Shown here piece after piece: positions 1-12,740 of a stretch of DNA of 64,000 bases. The position numbers were made by a program, and so were the translations under genes. This DNA comes from Octopus sinensis. Taxonomy: Eukaryota. Location: contig NC_042998.1 in the NCBI RefSeq assembly GCF_006345805.1, positions 205,592,001 through 205,656,000 of the forward strand. The letters are read 5' to 3'. The notes under the pieces are model-generated. The model ran no database searches and was not told where the DNA came from. It saw only the letters and a list, made by a program, of their open reading frames with translations. Position 1 is the stretch's first letter, and every line of letters starts with the position of its first letter.

Positions 1-735
1 ATGTCCCTTAGTGGCTGACGATATGTGCATCTCTGATCACGAGCAGAAGTAGTGGGGGAGCATCATAGCCATGTGTTGAGTGGAATTCTTAGAGGTTTGG
101 ATAATTCACCTTTGGAAACATGGGTGGTTCGTTCAACATCCTTAAACAAACCTTATTCAGGGACCTTTTGAGTGAGATGGGCTACTTGACCAGAAGAAAA
201 TTCTAACTGGGCCCCGCCTGCAAGATCATGCGCTGTTTATCTTGACATGAGATCACCATGTCACGCACATATGGTTGTGATGCATGTGCCTAATGTACCC
301 TTATCAGACGAGTAGTCATGATGGGTATACTGGACTTCATATATTTGGCGAATTTCGGGAAGCATGGAAGTTTTGAAGGATGTATTGTCCTGACAGCCAA
401 CAACTGATGCGTGGAGATTATTTCATGCTTCAGCAATTCTGAGCACCACATTTCTTAAAAATCGTGGTAGAAGCCTTGGTCTTGGGACCACTCATGTCTA
501 GAAACTGAGGTTGGGAGTAAGCAAGGGCATGCTCCCCATAGAAAATCCAGCTCAAAAAGGAGAATGGGCACCAGCCAGCCCAAAGGTTGGGGTGGGCTGC
601 ACCTGCCTACCTCACTTGCTATGGCATTGAGGTAGATCTGGCCACCACTGTTAACGGGGACAAAACCCGGATTTAAAACATTGGGTGATGATAATGATGG
701 ATGCTGTGTTGCTTTTTGATTTTGTATGTCCTGAT

Positions 736-781
736 GGACCAGGGGCTTTCCCTGTCTTCATATCCTTAATTGCTTTATCTT
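736..781 (-). mobile_element. RTE-clade LINE RT fragment
   Basis: Minus-strand translation DKAIKDMKTGKAPGP (RT domain 0), matching the larger RTE copies in this window. Confidence 0.7.
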
Positions 782-799
782 CTAAGCTACTGGATGAGG

Positions 800-1255
800 A
801 CAGCTATATCAGAAAGTGCCAGCCTCTAATTGTGTAGAGAATGTTAGAAGGGGTAGACCAAGGAAGACAGGGGATGAAGTGGTGCGAAGGAATTTTCAGA
901 CGTAGGGCTCCACAGGGATGATAAAGGACTGAGGCTTCTAGCAGTTTCCTGTGCTTGAGAAGACACATCGAGCTGAGTAAAATCATGGCTGTCCATGCAC
1001 ACAGCTGTGTCCTCAATATTTCTCTATCAACTGGAGAGATTCTAGTCTTACAGGCTTGTGGGTGCAGGTGCCACACACAAAGCACCCAGTCCACACTCTG
1101 TGAAGTGGTTGGCACATTAGGAAAGGCCTCCAGCCATGGAAACTATGTCAAAACAGATAAATGGAGCCAGGGGCAGCTCTCCAGCTGGCCAACCCCTGTC
1201 AAACCGTCCATCCCATGCCAGCATGGAGAATGGATGTTAAATGATGATGATGTCC
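800..1255 (+). mobile_element. RTE LINE 3' end with 3'UTR and (TGA)n tail
   Basis: Degenerate 'ggtagaccaaggaagacag..gatgaagtggtg' (GRPRKTWDEVV), then the shared 3'UTR (…ccatcccatgccagcatgg…gttaaatgatgatg). Confidence 0.75.
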
Positions 1256-1680
1256 ATGAGTGTTAGACGTATGGAATTTGAAACAGGCCCCAAAATTTGT
1301 GGTCACTGATGAAGTGATACTATATACTAAAACTAGCTGAGTCAACCTCTCGACTCACAAAGAGAAAAAGTTGTGTTTTAACTTCAGTGTTTACTTAGAG
1401 CAATGCTGTGTTTTTACTGAAACAATACTTCTACAGAATTTCTCTCTCCCTCTCTTTTGTGTAGATAAGTATGTTTATATGTGTGTGTGTATGTTTGCAA
1501 TGTGTATTAATGTGTATGTGTGTAATTTTGACTTCACAAACAACAAGAGAAAAAAATACTCAAAACATAAGAAGTGTGTCGTTATCTATCACATGGTTGA
1601 ACGGACACTGATAACACTTAAAGATTAATACCAAATCCATCTTCTGGTTACTTAAAAAAATTATTATTATCTCAACTAAC

Positions 1681-1798
1681 ACTGTGGAGTTTTTGAAGTA
1701 GACCCAGCAGTAATACACCCCAACTGTGGATGACACCAGATAGCCCAAACTGTGCCAGTGCTCTGTTAAACACTTCAACAAACTGATCGACCACATAC
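1681..1798 (-). CDS. candidate internal coding exon of an unidentified host gene
   Basis: AG/GT-bounded 118 nt (…ctaatag|G…CACAGT|gttagt), open as YVVDQFVEVFNRALAQFGLSGVIHSWGVLLLGLLQKLHS, non-repetitive and richer in GC than its flanks; no homology recognised. Confidence 0.35.
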
Positions 1799-1855
1799 CT
1801 ATTAGTCCAAAATATTAAATATATATATATATATATATATGCATCTAATTCCTTT

Positions 1856-1876
<21 letters not shown>

Positions 1877-1896
<20 letters not shown>

Positions 1897-2090
1897 ATAG
1901 GGAGAGTTCACGAAAAAACCAAAAGACGAAGACAGGTGGTGTACAAAACAAACAGATGTATTAGTATAACACTCAGGAATAGAAAAAGTCTTTTACGTTT
2001 CGAGTCTACGCTCTTCTACAGAAAGGGACACAGAAAAAAACAAGGAGAGAAAAAAAATGTGTGTAGTGGCTAACGATCTATCGTGGCGAC
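1877..2090 (-). mobile_element. Penelope-type pseudo-LTR fragment, family A, with hammerhead motif (1990-2025)
   Basis: Reverse complement reads cttt-CTGTAGA-a-gagcgtagactc-GAAA-cGTA-aaag; four more copies in the window; ends at a (TA)n/(TG)n tract. Confidence 0.7.
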
Positions 2091-2108
2091 TGATATATGT
2101 ATATATAT

Positions 2109-3860
2109 CATCATCATCATCATCATCATCACCTTGGAGTTCGTGAGGCCAGGGGCTGCACCAGGTTCTAGTCTGATTTAACATGGCTTCTATGACTGGA
2201 TGCCCTTCCTCATACCAACCACTCCACAGAGCATACTGGGTGCGTTTTTGTGGAACCAGCACCAGTAATTTTAACATGGCACCAGCACAATTGCTTTTTA
2301 TGTGGCATCAATGCCTGTATCAATTCTGCTGTGGCTTCTTGACAGGGCTTCTTGAGTACAGCAAGGCGCCAGGTATCTCGGTCCTTAGTCATCTCCTTTG
2401 TAAGGCTCAATGTCTTGAGATTAGCCTTCAATACTTCCTCCTATGTCTTCCTGGGTCTCCTCCTTCTTCCACAAGGTCCATCCACTATAAGTGACTGGTA
2501 CTTCTCTATGCAACTGTCCACATCCACCCACAACCAGCACAGCCTCCTCTCTTGCACACTGCATCTAATCCCTCTTCTGCCTAACTTTCCCCTCAATACA
2601 CCAATGCTCTGTTGCACATGTACACTTACATTGCACATCCAGTGGAGCATACCAGCTTCATTCCTGTCTATCCTTTGTATGTCATCTAAATTCGGGGCCC
2701 ATGTCTCCCTACCATGTAGCATTGCTGTTCATATACATGCATCATACTGCCTTCCTTTCACTCAGAGAGAAAGACCTTTCGTTGCCAACAGAGGTAAAAG
2801 CTCTCTGAATTCTCTCCATTCTTTTCTTATTCTAGCAATTACACTTTTTGTGCTTCCTCCCCCACAGCTAATTCGGTCACCTAGGTAGCAGAAATTATCC
2901 ACTACCTTTAAAGAGCCTCTGGGGCATTTGAGAAAATCAATTTCCCCAAGAATCTGTAGTTTTTTATGAATCCTGTGCAACTTCCAAATACAAACGCAAC
3001 CATATATAACCTTATTATTCCACTGCTTCTTTTGTGTGTCCATAGCTTGCACTGGGCACACCATATGGAATTCCTGCCTACTCCTTTTCTAAATTTTAAG
3101 CAGAGGGAAGGGTCCTACCTGTTTTCTTGTCTTTGTTAAGTTAATCTTAAGGCCCTTAGATTCTGTGTCTTGCTTCCACACCTTGAATTCCTTTTCTAGT
3201 TCTATTACAGAATCTACTATAAGAGCAAGATCATCAGCATAGAGGGGCTCCCAGGGGCAGCCAGTCTTGAATTCCTATGTTATGGCCTGGATGACGATAG
3301 TGAATAGGAGGGGACTGAGAACTGAACCCTGATGAACACCTACCTGTACACTAAATTCATCACTATACTCATGGTTAACTCTCACCTTACTGACAGAACC
3401 TCAGTACATGGCTTGTATGGCTTTCACAAACCACCTGTCTACCCTTTATTTCCCCAGAGCCCACCATATCACACAGCGGGGGTACTCTGTTAAAGGCTTT
3501 CTCTACGTTAACAAACACCAAGTACAATGGTTTATTCTTGGCCAAATGCTTCTACAGTTGTCTGACTGTAAAGATAACATCAGCAGTGCTTCTCTGGGGC
3601 TCAAAGCCAAACAGCATTTCATCTAATCTGATTCTGCTCCTAATTAACTGGACTATAACTCTTTCTGTCACTTTCATGACCATGGTCCAGCAATTTGATG
3701 CCTCTGTAATGACTTCCATCTAAGCCATCTCCCATACCCTTGTAGCAGCTGACTACAATGCTGCTGCACCAGTCATTGCGGATGACACCCTCCTGAATAA
3801 CCTGGTTAACTATTGGCGTGACTGGACTGTATCCTATGCCACCAGATATTTTAAGGTGCA
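2109..3860 (-). mobile_element. 5'-truncated, degenerate RTE LINE
   Basis: Minus frames give YRGIKLL, RT core, VVDNFCYLGDRISCGGG, MLHGRETW and GRRRPRKT; (CAT)n at 2109 is the 3' tail. Confidence 0.9.
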
Positions 3861-3909
3861 TTCCAGAAGTTTTGAGGCTTTTTCATGAGAAGCACTTATA
3901 AATGTCTTA

Positions 3910-4335
3910 CCTGTACATGTTTGACGGAATGTCAGTATTGTAAAGAGAGAAGTTAGGGATACGAAGAATGGGTTGCTGTGGGCAGGAGAGAAAATAGATG
4001 AAGCATGTGGGAGTGGGAGACCCAGGAAGACATGGGAGGAGCACTAAAGAATGACCTCTGGATGCTGAACTTTGAGGCAAGATGACAAAGGACCAAGATG
4101 CCTGTCGCTTTACTGTACTCCACTCTGTACTCCACTGCAGAAGTGTTAGGACCAGCAGCCCTGTTGGTGATGTAGAGGCACTCATGGTGGTATCATGTAA
4201 AAGCACCCAGCAAACTCTGTAAAGTGACTGGCTTTAGGAAGGGCATCCAGCCATAGAAACCCTCCCCAGCTTGCTTGTCTGCTCATACCATCCAACCCAT
4301 GCCAGCATGGACAACAGACGTTAAGTGATGATGAT
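3910..4335 (+). mobile_element. RTE LINE 3' end plus tail
   Basis: 'gggagacccaggaagacatggga' (GRPRKTW), 3'UTR and (GAT)n tail; joined back-to-back to the previous copy. Confidence 0.75.
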
Positions 4336-4989
4336 GATATATATATATATATATATGACAAGCTTCTTACAATTTTTATCTCTCAAATCCCTTCACAAGA
4401 CTTTGGGTTAAAATAAAAGGGACTTTTCTAAGGTGTCACTTAGTGGGAATGAACCCAGAATTATGTAGTTGGGAAACAAAGTTCTTACCACGCAGCCACA
4501 TCTATATATATGGTGTATGTATTTGTGGTTGTGTGTGAATGTGTGTGAGAGAGAGAGAAAGAGAGATCCGTGTGTGTGTGTGTGATCCATGAGTCAAGTT
4601 TCATTTCACTGTTATTATCGTACTTTACACTCTGTTTGGTTTTAATTGAAGCTGAGTCACTTCAGATAAAAGTTTTATAAAAATTCCTAAACAGAGCAAA
4701 AACCATTTAGTTGTGTGTGTGTGTGTATGTGTGTGAGCGCGCGTGTGTGTGTGTGCGTGTGTCTGTCATTCCATCTCTCCATCTATTACTAGTAGTGGTG
4801 GTAGTAGTAGTAGAAAGAGAAATAGTGAATCTTTGGTATAGAATTAAATCTTTGAAACAACGAACCATCATCATCATCATCATTGTTTAACATCTGTTTT
4901 CCATTCTGGCATGGGTTCCAACTGCTGAAGATTTCAGACCTAGAATTCAGTAGAGAGTTAGGATCTTAGATCTCTAACTGTGGCAGGAA

Positions 4990-5555
4990 CTTGTGGAAGA
5001 GCTAGATTATTTTCTCTCCCAGATAAACACTTTCCAGCAACTCACAGATACAGGGAAATATTTCATAGGCGTTGTGTGAAATTACCATATTGCTGCTGCC
5101 CGAATATGAAAAGTACCATTGCACGAGGTCAATACCAAAAGCCTAAATGCAGTTGTAACTGTTGTAAATAGTATCCTGTCCACTTGACCATTGATGTATG
5201 ATTAAATAAGGCAGAATTTACTGCAACACTAAATAATACAACAGATAAGAAGACCTATGTTGGATTATGTGAAGGAGAATTTAAAGATAGCTATGCAAAT
5301 CACATAGCATCCCTCTGACATAAGGACAAAAGCAAAGCTATTAAGTTGGCTCGCCATGTATAGAGTTTGAAAGCTAACAAAGTACTGCATGTGATTAAGT
5401 GGAAAATAATTGAGAAATGCACACCTTATGGTAAAGGATCAAATAAATGTAGGCTATGTTTAGCTGAAAGAACTCGCATCCTTTTCAGATCTAAGGTCCC
5501 TAACTCTCTACTGAACTCTAGGCCTGAAATTTTCAGCAGTTGCAAACATATTCTT
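4990..5555 (+). pseudogene. Penelope-like element C-terminus (GIY-YIG endonuclease remnant, Neptune-like)
   Basis: Broken frames: DKHFP..H.YREIF.R..VK..Y.C.PNMK, CSCNC, KKTYVGLCEGEFK..YANH, IKWKII, CRLCLAE..I, LLNSRPEIFSSCKH. Confidence 0.85.
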
Positions 5556-5559
5556 TTCT

Positions 5560-5911
5560 TTTATTCTTTTACTTGCTTCAGTCATTTGATTACGGCCAGA
5601 ACTTATTCTTTGTAAGCCTAGTACTTATTCTATCGGTCTCTTTTGCCGAACCGCTAAGTTACAGGGATATAAACACACCAACATCGGTTGTAAAGCGGTA
5701 GTGGAGGGGACAAACACAGACACACATATGCACAAATACACACACTCACACTCACACGACAGGTTTCTTTCAGTTTCCATCTACCAAATCCACTCACAAG
5801 GCTTTCGTCAGCCCAAAGCTATAGCAGAAGACATTTGCTCAAAGTGGCACGCAGTGGGACTGAACCCAGAACCATGTGGTTGGTAAGCAAGCTTCTTACC
5901 ACGCAGTCACA
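5560..5911 (-). mobile_element. tRNA-derived CORE-type SINE, full length
   Basis: Reverse complement has a tRNA-like head (gtggtaagaagcttgc…gggttcagtccc), a CORE-like 'ctttgagcaaatgtctt' segment, a (GT)n spacer and a tail ending gaagcaagtaaaa; related copies at 23680-24000, 40220-40565 and 44715-45010. Confidence 0.8.
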
Positions 5912-6129
5912 CGAATATATTTTGAAGAATTGGAAAATTCGGCCTATACCTGATTAACTTGTTGATATCTTTCCAGCCTTATAATTTAAGGTCTTAGGAA
6001 GATAAGGTTTTTACCCTTTTCACTTCATACTTTTTCATCTCCCATTTTTTAGCCCTCCACGTTTTCTGTATGCTGCATTCTCAGCTTTTCCCTGTTTCTT
6101 CTCATATTTAATTTTTTAAGTTCGTTATG

Positions 6130-7720
6130 ATTTGTGGTCTGTGCCTGATGAATATGTTTGAGATATTTCTCAACATATGAAACTTATGAGGCAGGAAAGG
6201 CAAGGACAGTAATGATGCTAAGTTATTCAAAAGATCAGAGCATCCGGGAAAACCCTCCAAAGGTACGAACAGGGAGGAAATGGAAGGCGGAAGAGGCAGT
6301 AAACAGGGCAATCGGAAAACTAAGCCATGCAGATATAGTCGGAGCGACGCAAGAAGCAAGAACCGGCCTAGGGTCGCAAAATTTCAGGCCATTTTGCAAG
6401 AGCAGTGTAAAAGAGATGAAAGAGGCAGTGATATACTAAGTGGGAAAGGAGGAAGAAGAAAGGCGAAATGTACATTGGTGCAATGCAGTCAACAGGGACA
6501 GTGCCTGAGATGGGAGGAATATGTGATCAGCCGCAGAATATCATAGAAGGAACTTTGGGCTTGGGAACAAGCAAGAACATCCTTCCTGTTCAAGTCTACC
6601 TTCGACGTTCTACCCTCACCGGCGAACTTAGTCTGGTGGAACATAAAAACAACTGATGAGTGTAGATGTGGAGAGAAAGCAACGGTTAGACATATTCTGT
6701 CAAATTGCAGACTAGCACTAGAAAGATATACATGTCAGCATAATCAAGTCCTCGGCGTCATAAGCGCAGCACTCAAGGAGAAGATCGAGAGGTACAATAG
6801 GGGAGAGTACCCAAAAGTAGAATAGCGCAGGAAAGTATACTTCCACAAGGAGGGAAAAGGATATAAAACCAGGCCTACAAGTAAAGTAAACGAGATAGAT
6901 GAAAGATGGAAGGGATACTGGGAGGTGGCCACGGACTTGGAAAGACAAGTAATATTTCCACTAATAAAAACAACAAAAAGAGCGGACTTAGTTCTATGGA
7001 ACAGAGACCGTAGAATAGGAATTTTACTAGAACTAACAGTACCTTGGGAAGAGAACATCGGCAATGCAGAGGAACGAAAGGAGAAGAGGTACGAAAAGCT
7101 AATCGAAGAATGCAGAGAACAGTGATAGAATGTCGAGTGTGACCACCTGGCAGTGGGGGCTAGAGGCTTCATTGAAAGGAAAATGTCAACGCTTTTCAAA
7201 AGATTTGTTTTTTCTAGCTCCGAGCTGCGAAAACTAATAGGGAGAGTACAGGAGGCGGTCGAAAAAGCCAGCTTCTATATATGGCTGAAGCGGGAAGACC
7301 GTAAATGGCTTGAAAGTCATAACACGTCGGCGGGAAATAACATCATTAGGTGAGACAAGCTGACACTGAATCAGCTTCGCTGACTGACAGGTGACAGTCG
7401 TTTAGAGAATGCGTGGGCTAAAACTACGCGCCTTCACTAGTCAGTTAAGGTGAGGCAGTGTCATGTGACAACTTGCTGGGGCTGCCTGCTGGAGCCTAGC
7501 GGCAGGTATTTAGAGGGATAAATTTGACAAGTCAGTCAGTCACCGGTTGACACTCGCTGACGATACATTGAAGAGGCCAGGGAACAGAAGAAAGAAGACA
7601 TGCACCCAACACCAGAACTGAAGACACCTCCGAAAGGGGGTGGGGGTGGGGCTACCACGTCAAAACGGTAGAAGAGTAGCGGCCGAAACCGGATGTGGTT
7701 CCTCCTGATGATGTCTTGAG
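6130..7720 (+). mobile_element. 5'-truncated RLE-type non-LTR retrotransposon (HERO-like)
   Basis: VRTGRKWKAEEAV…H.DIVG…R.GLG; CCHC knuckle CRCGEKATVRHILSNC at 6661 followed by RYT.QHNQVL; restriction-like endonuclease RADLVLW…ELTVPWEE…ERKEKRY…VGARGF; frameshifted. Confidence 0.8.
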
Positions 7721-7799
7721 CTAACTGGATCCTATAAAGGAGCTGTTGTAGCAGCAGACCATGGTTGTAATTCCTCCTAATTGCATTATATGTTTCAAA

Positions 7800-8012
7800 G
7801 GTGGTGAGATGGCAGAAATGTTAGGACGCCAGTTGAAATGCTTAGCGGTATTTTATCTGTCTTTACATTCTGAGTTAAAATTCTGCCAAGGTCGACTTCG
7901 CCTTTCATCCTTTGAGGGTTGATAAATTAAGTACCAGTTACATACTGGGGTCGATCTAATCGACTGGACCCTTCCCCAAAATTTGGGGCCTTGTGTCTAG
8001 AGTAGAAAAGAA
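7800..8012 (+). mobile_element. tRNA-derived SINE with Meta/MESC-like central domain
   Basis: ggcagaa.gttag…ttctgagttaaaattc head, 'cctttcatcctttgagggttgataaattaagtacc' core; relatives at 11065-11252(-), 13345-13497(+), 16245-16470(-), 47225-47430(-) and 49455-49560(+). Confidence 0.75.
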
Positions 8013-8050
8013 TTGCACTATATGTTTCAGAAACTTTATAAATTTATATA

Positions 8051-9985
8051 TCATCATCATCATCATTGTTAAACGCCCACTTTCCATGCTGGCATGGGTT
8101 GGATGATTTGACTGAGGACTGGTGAACCAGATGGCTGCACCAGGCTCTAATCTGATCTGGCAGAGTTTCTACAGCTCGATGCCCTTCCTAACACCAACTA
8201 CTCCGAGAGTGTAGCGGGTGCTTTTACGTGCCACCGGCATGAGGGCCAGTCATGCAGTACTGGCAACGGCCATGTTCAAATGGTGTTTTTTTATGTGCCA
8301 CCTGCACAAGAGCCAGTCCAGTGGCACTGGCAACAACCTCGCTTGAATGTTTTTTAATGTGCCACCGGCATTTTTATGTGCCACTGGCACAGATGCCAGT
8401 CAGCTGCTCTGGCAACGATCACGCTTGGATGATGCTTTTAGTGCTCCACTGGCATGGGGGCCAGTCATTGAATTTGATTTCGATTTCACTTGCCTCAACA
8501 GGTCTTCACAAGCAGAGTTTAGTGTCCAAAGAAAGAAAGGTATGCATAAATGGTCTGGTTACACCCACTGGTATAGGCCACGAGGTTATGGTCTCACTTG
8601 GCTTGCCGGGTCTTCTCACGCACAGCATATTTCTGAAGGTCTCGGTCACTAGTCATTGCCTCGGTAAGGCCTAATGTTCGAAGGTCGTGCTTCACTACTT
8701 CATCCCAGGTCTTCCTGGGTCTACCTCTTCCACAGGCTCCCTCAACCTCTAGGGTGTGGAACTTTTTCACACAGCTGTCCTCATCCATTCTTGCCACATG
8801 ACCATACCAGCGCAGTTGTCTCCCTTGCACACCACATCTGATGCTTCTTATGTCCAACTTTTCTCTCAAGGTACTTACACTCAGTCGAGTAAGCACACTG
8901 ACATTACACATCCATCAGAGCATACTGGCTTCATTCCTTGTGAGCTTACGCATGTCCTCAGCAGTTATGGCCCATGTTTCACTGCCAGGTAGCATGGCTG
9001 TTCATACACATGCGTCATACAGTCTGCCTTTTACTCTGAGTGAGAGGCCTTTTGTCACCAGCAGAGGTAAGAGCTCTCTGAGCTTTGCCCAGGCTATTCT
9101 TATTCTAGCAGCTACGCTTCCATCGCACCCTCCCCCACTACTGACTTGGTCACCTAGGTAACAGAAGCTATCAACTATTTCTAGTTTTTCTCCCTGGAAT
9201 GTGGCAGAAGTTGGTCTCAGAGCATTTTCAGTGTTTATTGCTCCTGAGCATCTGCCACATATTAAAACTATCTTCCTAGTTAGCCTTCCTTTGATATTAC
9301 TGCACCTCTTATGTGTCCATAGCTTACACTGGGTACATCTTATAGAGTTTCTACCTAGGCCTTTTCTACAGATCGAGCCGGGCCATCTACCTGAAGGAAT
9401 TTGTGGTTTGCCTGCCTTCCTGCTTATTAGGACTTTGGTTTTAGCTAGGTTGACTCTAAAGCCCTTCGATTCTAATCCTTGTTTCCACACCTGAAACTTC
9501 TCCTCTAGTTCTGATAGTGACTCAGCAATTAGAGCACGGTCGTCAGCATAGAGGAGCTCCCAGGGGCATCCTGTCTTGAATAGCTCTGTTATTGCCTGGA
9601 GGACTATGATAAATAGGAGGGGGATGAAGACTGAACCTTGGTGGACCCCTACGTCTACCCAAAATTCTTCTCTGTACTCATTACCAACCCTCACCTTACT
9701 GACAGCGTCCCTGTACATGGCTTGCACAGCTCTCACTAACCATTCATCTATCCCTAGTCTCCACATTGACCACTAGATAAGGGATCGGGTGACCCCCGTC
9801 AAAGGCTTTCTCCTTGTCAACGAAAGCGAGATACAGAGGTTTATCTTTGGCTAGGTATTTCTCCTGCAGCTGTCTCACCAGAAATATAGCATCAGTGGTG
9901 CTCTGTAATTATTGGTATCTAAAGCATCACCTTTACCTTTGTAGCTGTTGACTATGGTGCTGCTACACCAGTCATTTATACCAGT
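8051..9985 (-). mobile_element. RTE LINE (PHD-containing family), 5'-truncated with internal deletion
   Basis: ORFs 9002-9766 and 8594-8911 give the RT core (GVHQGS, LLYADD), the Cys/His finger and GRGRPRKTWDEVV; 3'UTR subrepeats and (CAT)n tail. Confidence 0.95.
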
Positions 9986-10114
9986 AATTTTTGGGGGTCA
10001 GTGTTGTGAAACTGGGCTGCACAAAATCAGAAACAACACAGCAAATTAAGAAATTACAAGTCATGGAATGGTGGATACATTGACTCACCCCAGAAGCATA
10101 AATAAGCAGACATA

Positions 10115-10157
<43 letters not shown>

Positions 10158-11409
10158 ACATCTACATGCATACATGTAACCACAAGTGCACATAAATATT
10201 ATGATCGAAATGATAGTGAAACCTTTAAATCCTTAAGATGCAACCTAAATGGTTGATTATGGCACATTTCTATGGAAGATCTTTCACTCATGGTCAAAAG
10301 CTGCCCCAAAATATCATCATGGTACTACACCCGATTGCAGTATGATGGTGCTAGAACAATATACAATACCATCCACAGAGAAAAAAAACGGATACCTATA
10401 GACAACGCCTCTGTTCTTGTTGTTCAATACATACATGCAGCATTTTTACATACATACATACATACACATGCATATGTACATACATACATGGATCTTGGGG
10501 AGAGATCCTTAATTCTTAATTCATAGACAATTACAATATCAGGGACTAAAAATATCTGTAAGACCTTCGTAAGATTTAAAGGATGACGAACAAAATAAAA
10601 TGCTGTCCTACCAAGTAGGTGACCAGTCAAAATTTACTCTAAATTAAAAAGAGAAAAGAGAGCAACACACACATCAACACAAGAAATCCAGGTGTGACAT
10701 TCCTATAGAAAACTTCTACCAAATGCAAATATAACAGACCAGAGTTGTTTGGAAGAGAAAAGCAACAATCCTATCCAACCCAAAAGGTCAGCTGCCTGCC
10801 TTCCACATAAGTCAATATTGAAATAACAATCTGGAGAAGCTAGGATTTTCAAGTGAAGAAAGACATCTGCTAATATACTGTTTACAGACTGAATCTCTAA
10901 GTGGAACAGTAAAAATATACAAGACTTATCTGAGATCAACTTGTAACAACACAGTATTTTTATCACGCAAATTTCAGTGACGGAGTTTATCTTTCTTACA
11001 ACCCAATTCCTTCGTTGCAGGAACAATTCAAAAGCTTGTTGCTAGTTTAAGTACAAATCCATCAATTTGGGAAGGAAAGAGTTTAGTTGTCATCGTTGAT
11101 CTCAGGAGCTGACTGCAATTTTATTTTATTGACCCCCCCCCCAGGGGATGAAAGGTGCTGTTGACTTTGCTCACATTTGAACTCAGAACATAGCTGAGAC
11201 AAATGCAAAACATTTTCTCTGGCACACCAATGTTTCTGCCATTCTACCACCTTTAAAATTCAAAGAATTCAAAGTCTAAGAAACATACATATACACATAG
11301 ACATGTTGGTATCCATACACAGACATATGAAGATACATGCATACACGCATCCATACTTACATTCATATATATACACAAATATATATATACATACATACAC
11401 ACCCACAAC

Positions 11410-11444
<35 letters not shown>

Positions 11445-11544
11445 ACAGTTGTGAAGAGTGCAAGATATATTGAAAGGGAAACGGCTATAAACACCTTCTA
11501 TTGATGAGAGAGGGAAGGAACTAAACAAAGACGAATGACTGACC

Positions 11545-12740
11545 CTCCTCCTCACACACACACACACACTCAGCCACACACACACAACCACCCTCAGCCA
11601 CCCACAACACACACTCAGCCACACATAACCACCACCACACAAGCACACACACACACTCAGCCACACACACACACTCAGCCACACATACACACACACACTC
11701 GCCAAAAACAACCAACCACACACACACTCAGCCACACATACACACACCCAGCCACACAACACACACACACCACACACTCAGCCCACACACACACACACAC
11801 TCAGCCACACCACACACACACTCAGCCACACATACACACACTCAGCCACACACACACACACACACACACTCAGCCACACACACACACTCAGCCACACATA
11901 CACACACACACTCAGCCACACCACACACACACTCAGCCACACATACACACACTCAGCCACACACACACACACACACACCAGCCACACACACACACTCAGC
12001 CACACACACACACACACACTCAACCACACCACACACACACTCAGCCACACATACACACACTCAGCCACACACACACACACACACTCAGCCACACACACAC
12101 ACTCAGCCACACACACACACTCAGCCACACACACACACACACTCAGCCACACACACACACTCAGCCACACATACACACACACACTCAGCCACACCACAAA
12201 CACACTCAGCCACACATCACCACTCAGCCACACACACACACACACACACACTCAGCCACACACACACACTCAGCCACACACACACACACACACTCAGCCA
12301 CACCACATCACACTCACCACACATACACACACTCAATCCACACACACACACACACACTCAGCCACACACACACACCTCAGCCACAACACACCACACACAT
12401 CACCACACACCACACCCACACTCACCACACATACACACACTCAGCCACACCACCAACACACACACACTCAGCCACACACACACACACACACTCAGCCACA
12501 CACACACACCACTCAGCCACACATACACACACTCAGCCACCACACACACACACACTCAGCCACACACACACACTCAGCCACACACACACACACACTCAGC
12601 CACACCACACACACACTCAGCCACACATACACACACTCAGCCACACACACACACACACACAGCCACACACACACACTCAGCCACACACACACACTCAGCC
12701 ACACACACACACACACACACACTCAGCCACACACACACAT
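11545..12740. repeat. compound (CA)n minisatellite punctuated by ACTCAGCCAC
   Basis: Dozens of ctcagccacac units separated by variable (CA)n runs. Confidence 0.95.

Noticed and set aside
1-340. Possible LINE 3'UTR repeat at the window start
   Set aside because: Only vaguely recalled as an Octopus repeat; no second copy or coding motif in the window to support a call
7684-7715. GAAAC…CTGATGA as a type II hammerhead
   Set aside because: Only about 4 nt between the putative cleavage site and CUGA, so helix I cannot form
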